Positions 1 to 10,093 of a stretch of 64,000 bases of DNA are shown in pieces. The notes beneath the pieces were generated by a model. That model saw only the letters and a program-made list of their open reading frames with translations, did no database searches and was not told where the DNA came from. Every line of letters begins with the position of its first letter. Position 1 is the first letter of the stretch. A program made the position numbers and the translations under genes. This DNA is from Alphaproteobacteria bacterium (GTDB lineage Bacteria > Pseudomonadota > Alphaproteobacteria > GCA-2731375): NCBI GenBank assembly GCA_965225945.1, contig CBDDBZ010000021.1, positions 1 to 64,000 of the forward strand, given 5' to 3'.

Positions 1-919
1 CCATCAGCGCCGGGACGTGGTTGATGATCCGGGTCTCGATCCCGCTCTCCGGCGCGATCTCCCGCATCTCGGCCACCAGCGGCGCCAACCCGGCGTCCAC
101 TTCGGCCACCAGGGCCTCGACCTCGACGCCCGGAATCGCGCGGATGTCCCAGTTGATCACGGCCTGCTTGGCGATGATATTGCGCGCCGTGCCGCCCCGG
201 ATGGTGCCGGCGGTGATCGTCGTAAAGGGCGGCTCGAAGCGTTCGTTGAATGGCCCCGCCTCGCGCTGGCGCCGGGCGAGCGCGTTCAGAAAGCTGAGGA
301 ACTCACCGGCGTAGGCGACCGCGCTCACCGCCGCCTGCGGCGCGCTGGAGTGGGCTTCGAAGCCCGTGACCACGGTATCGATGGCGGTCACCGTCTTGTG
401 CGCGTTGACCACGGTCATGTCGGTCGGCTCGCCGACGATGACGGCGCGCGGCCGCGTGGTGAGTCCGGCGATGTGGCTCACCAGGCCGGGAGCGCCGAGG
501 CAGCCGACCTCCTCGTCATAGGAGAAGGCGAAGTGAAGCGGCTTCTCGAGCCCGGCGGCGAGGAAATCCGGCACCAGCGCCAAGGCCACGGCGATGAAGC
601 TCTTCATGTCGGTGGTGCCCCGGCCGTAGAGCCGGCCGTCGCCCTCGTGGATCTCGAAGGGGGGCGTCGACCAGTCCTGGCCGTCCACCGGCACGACGTC
701 GGTATGACCGGAGAGGACGACGCCGCCGTCGATCTCGGGCCCGAGCGTCGCGAACAGATTGGCCTTGCGACCGCTGTCGTCATGGATCAGCGCGCTGTCG
801 ATGCCGTGCTCGCCAAGATAGTCGCGAACGTAGTGGATCAGCTCTAAATTGGATTCGCGGCTGGTGGTGTCGAACCCGATCAGGGTCTCGATCATCTCTC
901 TGGGTGTCGGGGTGCTCAT
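1..919 (-). CDS. argE: acetylornithine deacetylase (M20 family), 3' end outside window
   Basis: Manual minus-strand translation from ATG 919: MSTPTPREMIETLIGFDTTSRESNLELI...LSGHTDVVPV...GRGTTDMK...SYDEEVGC, typical ArgE motifs. Missing from the ORF track because it runs off the edge. Confidence 0.88.
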   Translation of the reverse strand, partial: MSTPTPREMIETLIGFDTTSRESNLELIHYVRDYLGEHGIDSALIHDDSGRKANLFATLGPEIDGGVVLSGHTDVVPVDGQDWSTPPFEIHEGDGRLYGRGTTDMKSFIAVALALVPDFLAAGLEKPLHFAFSYDEEVGCLGAPGLVSHIAGLTTRPRAVIVGEPTDMTVVNAHKTVTAIDTVVTGFEAHSSAPQAAVSAVAYAGEFLSFLNALARRQREAGPFNERFEPPFTTITAGTIRGGTARNIIAKQAVINWDIRAIPGVEVEALVAEVDAGLAPLVAEMREIAPESGIETRIINHVPALM

Positions 920-1063
920 GGGGTCGCCGTGGCTCTCGAACATTGTGGAATGGCCGCTACCCTAGAGGCCTCCCCGCCCCGGGTCCAGCGAACCCGCGCG
1001 CCTCGGCGGGTGGGTTCGAGCACGCTTGAAATGCTCTAGTATCGGCGCTCCGGGAGGTGCCGC

Positions 1064-1675
1064 GTGCTCGCCAATGTCGATCGCTATCCGCTCGCCTGGC
1101 CCGCCGGCTGGGCCCGCACCGCGCCGGGCGCCCGGCGTGAGGCGGACTTCGTCACGGCCCTCGCCCAGGCCGTGCACAAAGTGACGCGGGAGGCGCGGCG
1201 CCTCGGCGCCGGCGCGGTGGTGATCTCCTGCAACGTGGCGCTGAAGCTCGACGGCACGCCGCGCAAGGGCCACGACCCCGACGCGATCGAGGACGTCGGC
1301 GCCGCCGTCTATTTCGAGCGGGAGGAAACGCCCTATTGCGTGCCCTCGGACTGCTGGGACCGGATCGAGGACAACCTCCAGGCGATCGCCATGACGCTGG
1401 AGGCGATCCGCCAGCTCCGCCGCTTTTCCTCGCCCGAGGTGGTCGACGCGGCGCTTCGGGGCTTCCAGATCGCCCCACCCACGGACGACCAGGCGAGTTG
1501 GTGGCAGGCCCTGGGCCTGCCGTTCGACGCCAAGCTACGCGACGCCGAAAGCGCCTACCGGCGCATGGTGATGTACGCCCATCCCGATCGCGGCGGCAGC
1601 GAGGAGGCCATGCAGCGCCTCAACACCGCCATCTACCAAGCCCGCATCCAGCTCAGGGACCGCTCGATGGGCTGA
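1064..1675 (+). CDS. J-domain (DnaJ-like) protein
   Basis: C-terminal WWQALGL...AYRR...HPDRGGS J-domain with HPD motif; N-terminal YPLAWPAGW segment. Confidence 0.8.
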   Translation: MLANVDRYPLAWPAGWARTAPGARREADFVTALAQAVHKVTREARRLGAGAVVISCNVALKLDGTPRKGHDPDAIEDVGAAVYFEREETPYCVPSDCWDRIEDNLQAIAMTLEAIRQLRRFSSPEVVDAALRGFQIAPPTDDQASWWQALGLPFDAKLRDAESAYRRMVMYAHPDRGGSEEAMQRLNTAIYQARIQLRDRSMG

Positions 1676-1693
1676 GGGCCGGTGGCGCCGCGC

Positions 1694-3447
1694 CTATTCC
1701 GGCACGCCGGCCTTGCGCAGGCTCGCGAGTAGGCTTTCGAGCGTGATTTCGTGCATGCCGACCAAGCGATCGCGGACAAAGCCGATCGAAAGCGCCGGCT
1801 GGAGCCGCATGGCCGCTTCGAGCGCCGCTCTCGCTTCACTGGGTTGCCCCGCTTCCGCCAAGGCCGCGGCGAAATTCATGTGGGGCAAGAAACCCTTGTG
1901 GGGAAACTGGCGGGCCGCTCGGCAATTGCCGACGGCCTCGCCGTGGCGGCCGAGAAAGCGCAGCGCCGAACCCTTGACCATCAGTGTTATCCAGCGCCAA
2001 GGATCGCGCGGGCTGAGCCGAAGCGCGGTATCGAAATGTGGCAGAGCTTGCTCCGCTTGGCCGGCGCCATAGAAAAAGGCGAAGCCGAGACCGTGATGCG
2101 CCCAGGCGAGGTTGGGATTGATCGCGATCGCGGTCCGGTTGTCGGCAATCGCCATATCGACATCACCCGCCAACAGATGGACGCGACCGAGAGCCACATG
2201 GGCAACCGGCTCGTTGGGATCGAGTGACACCGCCTGTTCGGCCGCCGTTCGTGCCGTCGCCCCGGCCTCGGCCGCATCCACGGCATAGCCGAAGGAAATC
2301 GAGTTCCACAGCGCATATGCGAGATGGGCATGGGCCGCCGCGAAATCCGGGTCCAGCGCGATCGCTTCCCTGGACAGGCGCATGGCCTCGGCGCGGTCGG
2401 CCTCGTTGAAGAGATGGAAATGCGAGAGGCCGCGTTGCACGCGCTGCCAGGCATCCAGGCTCTCGGGCGGCTTGCGCCGGGCGCGCTCGCGTTCGCGCGC
2501 CTCGACCTCCGGCGCGACCACGACCACGATCTGTTCGGTGATTTCGTCCTGCAATTCGAAGATGTCGTCGAGGTCGCCGTCGAAACGATCGGCCCAGATG
2601 TGGTTGCCATTGGTCGCGTCGACGAGCTGTGCGGTGATGCGCACCCGGTTGCCGGCCTTCCTGACGCTGCCCTCGACCACGTAGCGCACGCCCAACTCGC
2701 TCGCCACCTGTGTCACGTCGACGGCGCGGCCCTTGTAAGTGAAGGTGGAGTTGCGGGCGATCACGAAGAGCGAGCGGAAGCGGCTTAGCGCGGTGATCAC
2801 GTCCTCGGCGATGCCGTCGGCGAAGAATTCCTGCTCCGGATCGGCCGACATGTTGTCGAACGGCAGCACCGCGATCGAGGGCTTGTCGGGGAGCGCGAGG
2901 GGCTGCTCGTCGCCGGCCGCCACGGCCGCCGCCGACCAGCGCCAGACCCGGACCGGCTCGGCGATGTTCTTCAGCATTTGCTCGCCGCCGTCGGCGAAGG
3001 CGAGATGGAGCTTGCCCCGGATCTGCCGCATCACATCGTCCGAGATAGAGATGCCGCCGGGCTCCGCCAGCGCCTCCAGGCGGGCGGCCACGTTGACCCC
3101 GTGGCCGTGGATGTCGTCTCCCTCGACCACCACCTCGCCGAGATTGACGCCGACGCGGAGCCGCATGTGGCGATCCTCGTCGAGCCCGGCGTTGCGTTCC
3201 GCCATGCCGCGTGCACCGTGACGGAACACTCGACCGCCGCCACCGCGCTCTGGAACTCGATCAGGATGCCGTCGCCCGCCGTGCTCACCACGCGGCCGCC
3301 ATGGGCTTCGATTGCCGGGGTCCAGAGTTCCTGGCGATGCGCCTTCATGGAGGCGAGCGTCGCCGTCTCGTCGGCCGCCATCAGCCGGCTGTAGCCGACG
3401 ACGTCGGCCGCGACGATCGCGGCGAGCCTGCGCGTGGTTTCGGCCAT
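1694..3447 (-). pseudogene. class III adenylate/guanylate cyclase-TolB-like-TPR protein, frameshifted
   Basis: RRLAAIVAADVVGYSRLM start (3447) is in a different frame from GVNVAARLE/KPSIAVLPF/TPR. Against the paralog (gccgcgCtgcacc at ~6063) one C is missing at ~3211. Confidence 0.85.
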
Positions 3448-4237
3448 GGACCGGCATTCCCTCCCCGACTACGTGGGCAATCTAGCGCGCCCACGAGCGC
3501 GCGCCCAGCGAGCCTCAACCCTCCCAGCCGGCCTTGCGCAGCCCGTCGAGGAAGCGTGCCTCGTCGTGGGCCCGTTCGAAGGGGAACCAGCTCGCCCGCC
3601 ACCGATGCCGGTCCGGCCGAAGCCGCGCGTATGCCGCCAAGGCGGCGCGCGCCTCCTCGATCCGGCCGAGTTGGCCGAGACTGGCGGTCAGGAAGATATG
3701 TGGCTCGGGGTGGCTCGGCTCTGCCCGAATGGCGCGGCGCGCCCAATCGGCCGCCACGTCGTAACGCTCGGCCACGAAATGGGCGAGCGCGGTATAGGCC
3801 AACATCAAGGACATCCGGGGATCGTTGGGGCTCAACGCCTGGGCCTTCTCCAGGTGCGGCAGCGCCTCGTCCGGCCGGCCCATGAGGCTGAGCGCCAAGC
3901 CGACGAGATTGTAGGTGTGCGCGTCACTCGGATTGAGCTCGGCCGAGCGGATCGCCTCGGCGAGCGCGGCGGCATGATCGCCCGCGCGGAGATAGGCCGC
4001 GCACAGTATGAAGTGGGCGATATAGTCGCCACCGTCGAGCTGAACGGCGCGGCGGGCGGAGGCCAGCTGTTTCGACGCCGTATCGTCCGCGAGATCCGCG
4101 TACTCGAACTGAATGTCGCGATGATAGGTGAACGCCAGCCCGGCGTGACCGCGCGCATAGTCGGGATCGCGCGCGATCGCGCGCTCGAACATCTGCTTCG
4201 CGTGGACATTGTTCTCCTCGCTGAAGGCGTTGAGATA

Positions 4238-5262
4238 GGCTCAATTCGTGAATTGTATGCATTAGTGATAGAGTGCCTGGAACGTCAGGAGGTTGGGTTA
4301 TGGACGGCAAGGGTTTCCAGGTGTGGCTTTCGGCGGCGCGCGGGCTGACGCGCGCGCAGCGGCGCGAGGCGCTCGCGGTGCTGTCGGGCCGGAGCGAGGG
4401 CGAGGCATCGAAGGCCGCGATCGAGCTTGGTGTGGACGAGGCCCGGCGCTGTCCGCACTGCGCGAGCGAAGGGGCGGTTTCGCGCGGTATGGCGCGGGGT
4501 CTGCGGCGCTACCAGTGCAAGGGCTGCGGCAGGACCTTCAACGCGCTGAGCGGTACGCCGCTGTCGGGCTTGCACCACAAGGAACGCTGGCTGTCGTTCG
4601 GGGCGTCGCTGGCGAAGGGGGAGACGGTGAAGGCGTCGGCGGCGCGCTGCGACGTGGCGGTGAGCACGGCGTTCCGCTGGCGTCACCGGTTTCTGGCGGC
4701 GGCGCGGAGCGATTCGGAGGTGCTCAAGGGGATCGTGGAAGCGGACGAGACCTACGTCCTGGAGAGCCGGAAGGGCGCGCGCGGGCTGGGGCGCAAGGCA
4801 CGGCGGCGGGGCGGCAAGGCGAAGAAGCGCGGCCTCTCGCGCGAGCAGGTACCGGTTCTCATGGCGGCGGACCGGAGCGGAACGACGGTCAGCGCGGTGC
4901 TGCCCAGGGTCGATGCGGCGGCGCTCACGGCTGCCCTCGACCCGGTGGTCGCGAAGGACGCCCTGCTGGTCTCCGACGGCGGCGCGAGCTACCCACCGTG
5001 CGCCGCCGCGCTCGGGGTGAGCCACGAAGCACTCAACCGCTCGATGGGGGAACGGGTTCGGGGCGATCTGCATGTGCAGACGGTGAACAGCCGCCACAGC
5101 CGGTTGAAGGACTTCCTGCGTCCCCGCCGCGGCATCGCCACCCGCTATCTGGACAACTACCTGAGCTGGTTCCACCTCGTCGGCCTCGCCCCCGGCGCCA
5201 ATGACCGAGCCTGCCTCGCCGCCGCCGTAACAAGGTGACGCATACAATTCACGAATTGAGCC
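4238..5262 (+). mobile_element. IS1595-family insertion sequence (1025 bp)
   Basis: Perfect 23-bp TIRs ggctcaattcgtgaattgtatgc (4238-4260; 5240-5262) and 8-bp TSD ttgagata (4230-4237; 5263-5270). Confidence 0.95.
4300..5238 (+). CDS. IS1595-family (ISXO2-like) transposase
   Basis: Zn ribbon CPHC...CKGC, HTH, VEADETY, LVSDG, HVQTVNS, GIATRYL. Confidence 0.93.
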   Translation: MDGKGFQVWLSAARGLTRAQRREALAVLSGRSEGEASKAAIELGVDEARRCPHCASEGAVSRGMARGLRRYQCKGCGRTFNALSGTPLSGLHHKERWLSFGASLAKGETVKASAARCDVAVSTAFRWRHRFLAAARSDSEVLKGIVEADETYVLESRKGARGLGRKARRRGGKAKKRGLSREQVPVLMAADRSGTTVSAVLPRVDAAALTAALDPVVAKDALLVSDGGASYPPCAAALGVSHEALNRSMGERVRGDLHVQTVNSRHSRLKDFLRPRRGIATRYLDNYLSWFHLVGLAPGANDRACLAAAVTR

Positions 5263-6483
5263 TTGAGATAAGCGAGCCCTTGGAGCGCGCAATCCCAGGC
5301 CCCGAGATCGCGGGGCGGCAGCATGATCAGCCGCTTGTGCTCGGTGCGCTCCAGTTCCGGCACAACCACGGCGACGATGCCCTGGGTCAGCTCGTCCTGC
5401 ATCGTGAAGATATCGTCGAGCTCGCGGTCGTATCGTTCCGCCCAGACGTGATGTCCGGATTGGGCGTCGATCAACTGCGCCGTCACGCGGACGCGGCTGC
5501 CGGCGCGGCGCACGCTGCCCTCGAGCACGTAGCGCGCGCCCAGCCGCGCGCCGACCTCGCGGACGTCGGGTGCAGTGCCCTTGTAGGCAAAGGTCGAGTT
5601 GCGGGCGACGACCGGAAACGAACGCCAGAGCGGGAGCGCGGTGATGATGTCTTCCGTCAGGCCGTCGGCGAAATACGCCTGCTCGGGATCACCGCTCAGG
5701 TTCGTGAATGGCAGCACGGCGACGGCCGGGCGTTCGCGCACCCGATCCAGGTTTTGAACGATGCTCGAGGTCTGGCCTCCGGTGTCGATATCGATGCCGT
5801 AGACGTGCACGGGCTCGGCGATGTTCTTGACCGACTGTCGTCCGAGATCGACGAACACCGCGTCGAGCTTGCCGCGAACCTGGCGATAGACGTCGCCCGA
5901 AAGACAGATCCCGCCCGGATCCGCCAGCGCCTCCAGCCGGGCGGCGACGTTGACCCCGTCGCCGTGGATGTCGTCCCCCTCGACCACCACCTCGCCGAGA
6001 TTGACGCCGACGCGGAGCCGCATGTGGCGATCCTCGTCGAGCCCGGCGTTGCGTTCCGCCATGCCGCGCTGCACCGTGACGGAACACTCGACCGCCGCTA
6101 CCGCGCTCTGGAACTCGATCAGGATGCCGTCGCCCGCCGTACTCACCACGCGGCCGCCATGGGCTTCGATCGCCGGGGTCCAAAGCTCGCGGCGATGCGC
6201 CTTCATGGCGGCGAGCGTCGCCGTCTCGTCGGCCGCCATCAGCCGGCTGTAGCCGACGACGTCGGCCGCGACGATCGCGGCGAGCCTGCGCGTGGTTTCG
6301 GCCATGGACCGGCATTCCCTCCCCATAGATGGGCGTAATCTAGCCCGTTCGCGGGCCACCTCCCAGCCGGCGTTGACATCGCCGCCGCCCGCGTCTATCT
6401 GATGGGCTTGGGGCTCGCGATCGCCCCGTGAGGCGTCAGCCCAAGAATCGCGCCTATGACCCTGAAGCTGAAGGGAGGGCGCC

Positions 6484-7308
6484 ATGACGTCTCCGACCGA
6501 AATTACCATCCTTCAACTGTCGCGTCTGATCGGCCTGCCGGATGGGCCGGCAATCGTCGACGTGCGCATCGAGGACGACTGGGCGCGGGACCCGAGATTG
6601 ATTCCCGGCTCAGCCCGCCGGCGACACGCCGAGGTCGCCCAATGGGCGATGGCTTACGCCGAGCGCAAAGTGGTCGTGGTCTGCCAGCGCGGCCAGAAGC
6701 TGAGCCAGGGTGTCGCCGCGCTGCTGCGCCATGACGGCATCGAGGCCGAGACGCTGGAAGGCGGCTTCGAGGCCTGGGCCGAGGCGGGCCAGCTCGCCGT
6801 CGAGGCCGCGAAACTGCCCGCGCGCGATGCGCGGGGCCGCACGCTCTGGGTCACGCGGCTGCGCCCGAAGATCGACCGGATCGCCTGTCCCTGGCTGATC
6901 CGGCGCTTCGTCGACGCGCAAGCGGTCTTCCTCTTCGTCTCGCCGGGCGAGGTGGAGCGGGTGGCGGAGCGCTTCGAGGCCGCGCCGTTCGATGTCGAGG
7001 AGGTCTTTTGGAGCCACCGGGGGGAGGGTTGCACCTTCGATGTGATGGTGGAGGAGTTCGGTCTCCGCTCCGAGCCGCTGGCGCGCCTCGCCGACATCGT
7101 GCGCGGCGCCGATACGGGCCGGCCGGATCTGGCGCCGGAGGCGGCGGGGCTGTTGGCCGTCTCGCTCGGCCTCTCGCGGATGTATCGGGACGATCTGGAG
7201 CAGCTCGCGCATTCCATGGGGCTCTACGACGCGCTCTACCGCTGGTGCCGCGACGCGATGGAGGAGACCCACGGCTGGCCGCCGCCCAAGAGCGGCGGGC
7301 GCCGATGA
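6484..7308 (+). CDS. chrB: chromate resistance protein (rhodanese + ChrB_C domain)
   Basis: Rhodanese-like N-terminus; WVTRxRPKIDRIACPWLIRRF, SHRGEGCTFD; overlaps chrA start. Confidence 0.85.
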   Translation: MTSPTEITILQLSRLIGLPDGPAIVDVRIEDDWARDPRLIPGSARRRHAEVAQWAMAYAERKVVVVCQRGQKLSQGVAALLRHDGIEAETLEGGFEAWAEAGQLAVEAAKLPARDARGRTLWVTRLRPKIDRIACPWLIRRFVDAQAVFLFVSPGEVERVAERFEAAPFDVEEVFWSHRGEGCTFDVMVEEFGLRSEPLARLADIVRGADTGRPDLAPEAAGLLAVSLGLSRMYRDDLEQLAHSMGLYDALYRWCRDAMEETHGWPPPKSGGRR

Positions 7309-8690
7309 TGACCGAGAGCACCGAGAGCGCCGAAGACCCCGAGGCATGCGCCGCGCGGCGCGATTTCCCCTCTATCGCCGAGGCGACGCGGGTCTGGCTC
7401 AGGATCGGCTGCCTCTCCTTCGGCGGGCCCGCCGGCCAGATCGCCCTGCTGCATCGCGAGGTCGTGGAGCAGCGCCGCTGGATCAGCGACCGGCGGTTTC
7501 TCCATGCGCTCAACTTCTGCGCCCTGTTGCCGGGGCCGGAAGCGCAGCAATTGGCGACCTATCTCGGCTGGCTGCTGCACGGGGCCAAGGGCGGGCTCAT
7601 CGCCGGGATGCTGTTCATCGTGCCCGGCGCGCTGGTTATGGGGGTCCTCTCCACCATCTTCGTCGTGGCGGGCGACGTGGCGGCCGTCGCCGCGGTCTTC
7701 TTCGGCTTGAAGTGCGCGGTCCTGGTCATCGTCGTGCAGGCGTTGTTCCGGGTCGCGTCACGGGCGCTGGGGGGCCGGGTGCCTTGGGCGATGGCGGCGG
7801 CGGCCTTCGTCGCGCTGTTCCTGCTCGGCGTTCCCTTTCCCGCCGTGGTGCTGGGGGCGGGGCTGATCGGCGCCCTGTTGCCGAGATGGTTCTCGGGTGC
7901 CGGCGACGACGGCGCGGAGGACGTAGGCGACGCCATCCTCGATTCCGCCATGGCGGCCGACCCCGACTTCGCCAAGCGACTGGAGCGGAGCGCACGCCGC
8001 GCCGGCCTCGTCGCGCTCGCGGCCTGGGCAGCGCCGGTGATCGTGCTGCTGCCCTTCGGCGGGCTCTGGGCCGATGTCGCCTGGTTCTTCTCCAAGATGG
8101 CCGTGGTCACCTTCGGCGGGGCCTATGCGGTGCTGGCCTATGTCGCGCAGGAGGCGGTGGAGGGCTACGGCTGGCTCTCGGCGAGCGAAATGCTGACCGG
8201 CCTCGGTTTGGCGGAGACCACGCCGGGGCCGCTGATCCTGGTGCTGCAGTTCGTCGGCTTCCTCGCCGGCCATGGCGCCGCCCAGGGACCCTCGGGGCTC
8301 GCGGGCGGCGCCGTGGCGGCGCTGCTGACGCTCTGGGTCACCTTCGCGCCCTGCTTCGCCTTCGTCTTCCTGGGGGCGCCCGCGATCGAGCGGATCCGGG
8401 AAAAGCGCGCCTTGGCGGCGGCGCTGACGGCGATCACGGCTGCGGTGGTCGGCGTGATCGCCAACCTGGCGCTCTGGTTCGGGCTCCGCGTCGTCTTCGC
8501 CGAGTTGCAGCCGCTCACCTGGGGACCGCTCTCGCTCGAAGTGCCGGTGCCGGCGAGCCTGGACCCGTTGGCCTTCGCCATCGCCCTCGTGGCGGCGCTA
8601 GCGTTGTTCCGCTTCGAGCTCGGCGTCTTGCGCACGCTCGCGCTCTGCTCCGCGATCGGGCTGGTGCTCAGGGCCGGCTTCGGCTGGTGA
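7305..8690 (+). CDS. chrA: chromate efflux transporter (long-chain CHR)
   Basis: Two CHR halves: SFGGPAGQI...LPGPEAQQ and TFGGAYAVL...ETTPGP. Confidence 0.93.
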   Translation: MMTESTESAEDPEACAARRDFPSIAEATRVWLRIGCLSFGGPAGQIALLHREVVEQRRWISDRRFLHALNFCALLPGPEAQQLATYLGWLLHGAKGGLIAGMLFIVPGALVMGVLSTIFVVAGDVAAVAAVFFGLKCAVLVIVVQALFRVASRALGGRVPWAMAAAAFVALFLLGVPFPAVVLGAGLIGALLPRWFSGAGDDGAEDVGDAILDSAMAADPDFAKRLERSARRAGLVALAAWAAPVIVLLPFGGLWADVAWFFSKMAVVTFGGAYAVLAYVAQEAVEGYGWLSASEMLTGLGLAETTPGPLILVLQFVGFLAGHGAAQGPSGLAGGAVAALLTLWVTFAPCFAFVFLGAPAIERIREKRALAAALTAITAAVVGVIANLALWFGLRVVFAELQPLTWGPLSLEVPVPASLDPLAFAIALVAALALFRFELGVLRTLALCSAIGLVLRAGFGW

Positions 8691-8702
8691 GGCGGTGCCG
8701 CG

Positions 8703-9440
8703 TCAGCGCCCCTTGAAGACGGGCAGGCGCTTCTCGTGGAAGCTGGCGCGGCCTTCCTCCCAGTCCTCGCTGGCGAACACCGCGTCGGTCTGGCGCCGGG
8801 CGATGCCGGCGGCCTCGCTCGGACCCTTGGGCAGCACCCGGGCGGTGAAGCGCTTGATCGTGGCCAGCACCAGGGGCGCGTTGGCGGCGAGCTTGCCGGC
8901 ATAGTCCAGCGCCGCCGGCATTAACTGGTCCGCCGGCACCACTTTGTTGACCAAGCCGACCTCGTAGGCCCGTTGCGCCGTCATCTCCTCGCCGACCAGC
9001 AGCAGCTCCATCGCCACCTTGTGCGGGATCCGTGCCACCAGGCTGCTGATCAGCCCGCCGGTGAAGCCGAGCTTGGCCTCGGGATAGCTGAACTTCGCCG
9101 TCTCCGCCATCACGCAGAGGTCGCAGAACTGCACCAGCACCATGCCGCCGCCGATGCACCAGCCGTTGACCGCGGCGATCAGCGGCTTCTCGATCTCGAC
9201 CCCGACGTTGGGAATGAAGGACCAGAGCTCGCCGGGCGAGCCGAGGTCGGCGCCGGCGGTGAAGGCGGAATCGCCCGCGCCGGTGAGGATGGCGACTCGG
9301 TCTTCGCCGGCGTTGAAGCGGTGCCAGGCGGCCTTCAGGCCCTCGCCCACCTCGGCGTTCAGGGCGTTGCGCTTCTCCGGCCGGTTGATGGTGACGATCG
9401 CGATGTGGTCCTGGCTGTCGTAGGTGACGATGTCCGACAT
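8703..9440 (-). CDS. enoyl-CoA hydratase/isomerase family protein
   Basis: INRPEKRNAL, FTAGADL, KPLIAAVNGWCIGGG, PEAKLG. Confidence 0.9.
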   Translation of the reverse strand: MSDIVTYDSQDHIAIVTINRPEKRNALNAEVGEGLKAAWHRFNAGEDRVAILTGAGDSAFTAGADLGSPGELWSFIPNVGVEIEKPLIAAVNGWCIGGGMVLVQFCDLCVMAETAKFSYPEAKLGFTGGLISSLVARIPHKVAMELLLVGEEMTAQRAYEVGLVNKVVPADQLMPAALDYAGKLAANAPLVLATIKRFTARVLPKGPSEAAGIARRQTDAVFASEDWEEGRASFHEKRLPVFKGR

Positions 9441-9562
9441 GGGCGGGCGGGTCCTCCAGGATGCGTTTCGTGGATTGCGGCGGACCATAGCACGCGCGCG
9501 GACGGCTCAAACGAGGCCCGCCCGCCTCCGGAGCCGAGAAGAGCGGGCGCGAAGCGCCGCGG

Positions 9563-10090
9563 CTATTCCGCCTTCAGGCCGGGAATGCCGAGCTTGCCGC
9601 CCTCGCGTTTCTGGATCGCCCTGACGGTGGGATCGTTGCGAAACCACTGCTGGGCCGTCTTGCTGTCCGGCGTGACGCCATTTTGCTTCGCCCACTCGTT
9701 GATCCAGCGGTTGGCGCGCCGCCATTTGCCGTCGGGCAGCGGCTTGACGAACTGGACGGTGAAGAACTTGGCGCCCCGGTTCTCGATCGTGAGGCCGTCG
9801 GCCAAGACCCGCTTGCCGCAGAACGACTGGAGATCGCGGACGGCGCCGGTGAAGGGGAAGTTGTTCTTGATCGCCAGCACCAGGGTGCCGTCGTCCTTCA
9901 GCAGGCCGAGTTGACGGCTACCCTTGCCACAGGCCTCGGGGCAATCGCCCGTCAGCTCGCAGAGGATGTCGACCACCTTGGCCTCGAAGCGGTCTTTCTT
10001 CTCGCCCTCGATACCCCACTCGTCGGCGGCCAGCGCCGGGCCACTTCCCAGCAGGGCGGCGGCCAGAATCGCGATGATGGCGCGCTTCAT
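9563..10090 (-). CDS. exported Cys-rich hypothetical protein
   Basis: Signal peptide ending ALA-ADE; VVDILCELTGDCPEACG; coupled to upstream gene. Confidence 0.75.
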   Translation of the reverse strand: MKRAIIAILAAALLGSGPALAADEWGIEGEKKDRFEAKVVDILCELTGDCPEACGKGSRQLGLLKDDGTLVLAIKNNFPFTGAVRDLQSFCGKRVLADGLTIENRGAKFFTVQFVKPLPDGKWRRANRWINEWAKQNGVTPDSKTAQQWFRNDPTVRAIQKREGGKLGIPGLKAE

Positions 10091-10093
10091 GGC

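Larger units (their letters stand above)
3515..6305 (-). pseudogene. second cyclase-TolB-like-TPR gene, interrupted by an IS1595-family element
   Basis: 5' part 6305-5263 (cyclase, AVAVLPF), 3' TPR part 4229-3515. Removing the IS and one TSD restores ...GLAYLNAFSEENNVHAKQMFERA in frame. Confidence 0.9.

Noticed and set aside
17-847. 276-aa plus-strand ORF
   Set aside because: The real gene is argE on the minus strand.
1694-6325. Diversity-generating retroelement behind the cyclase repeats
   Set aside because: No reverse transcriptase, the repeat is N-terminal, and the differences are not adenine-specific.
6359-6371. 13-nt match (cctcccagccggc) to the 3' end of cyclase 2, suggesting a third lost copy
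   Set aside because: Too short in GC-rich DNA, and the flanking translation does not resemble the LRKAG tail.
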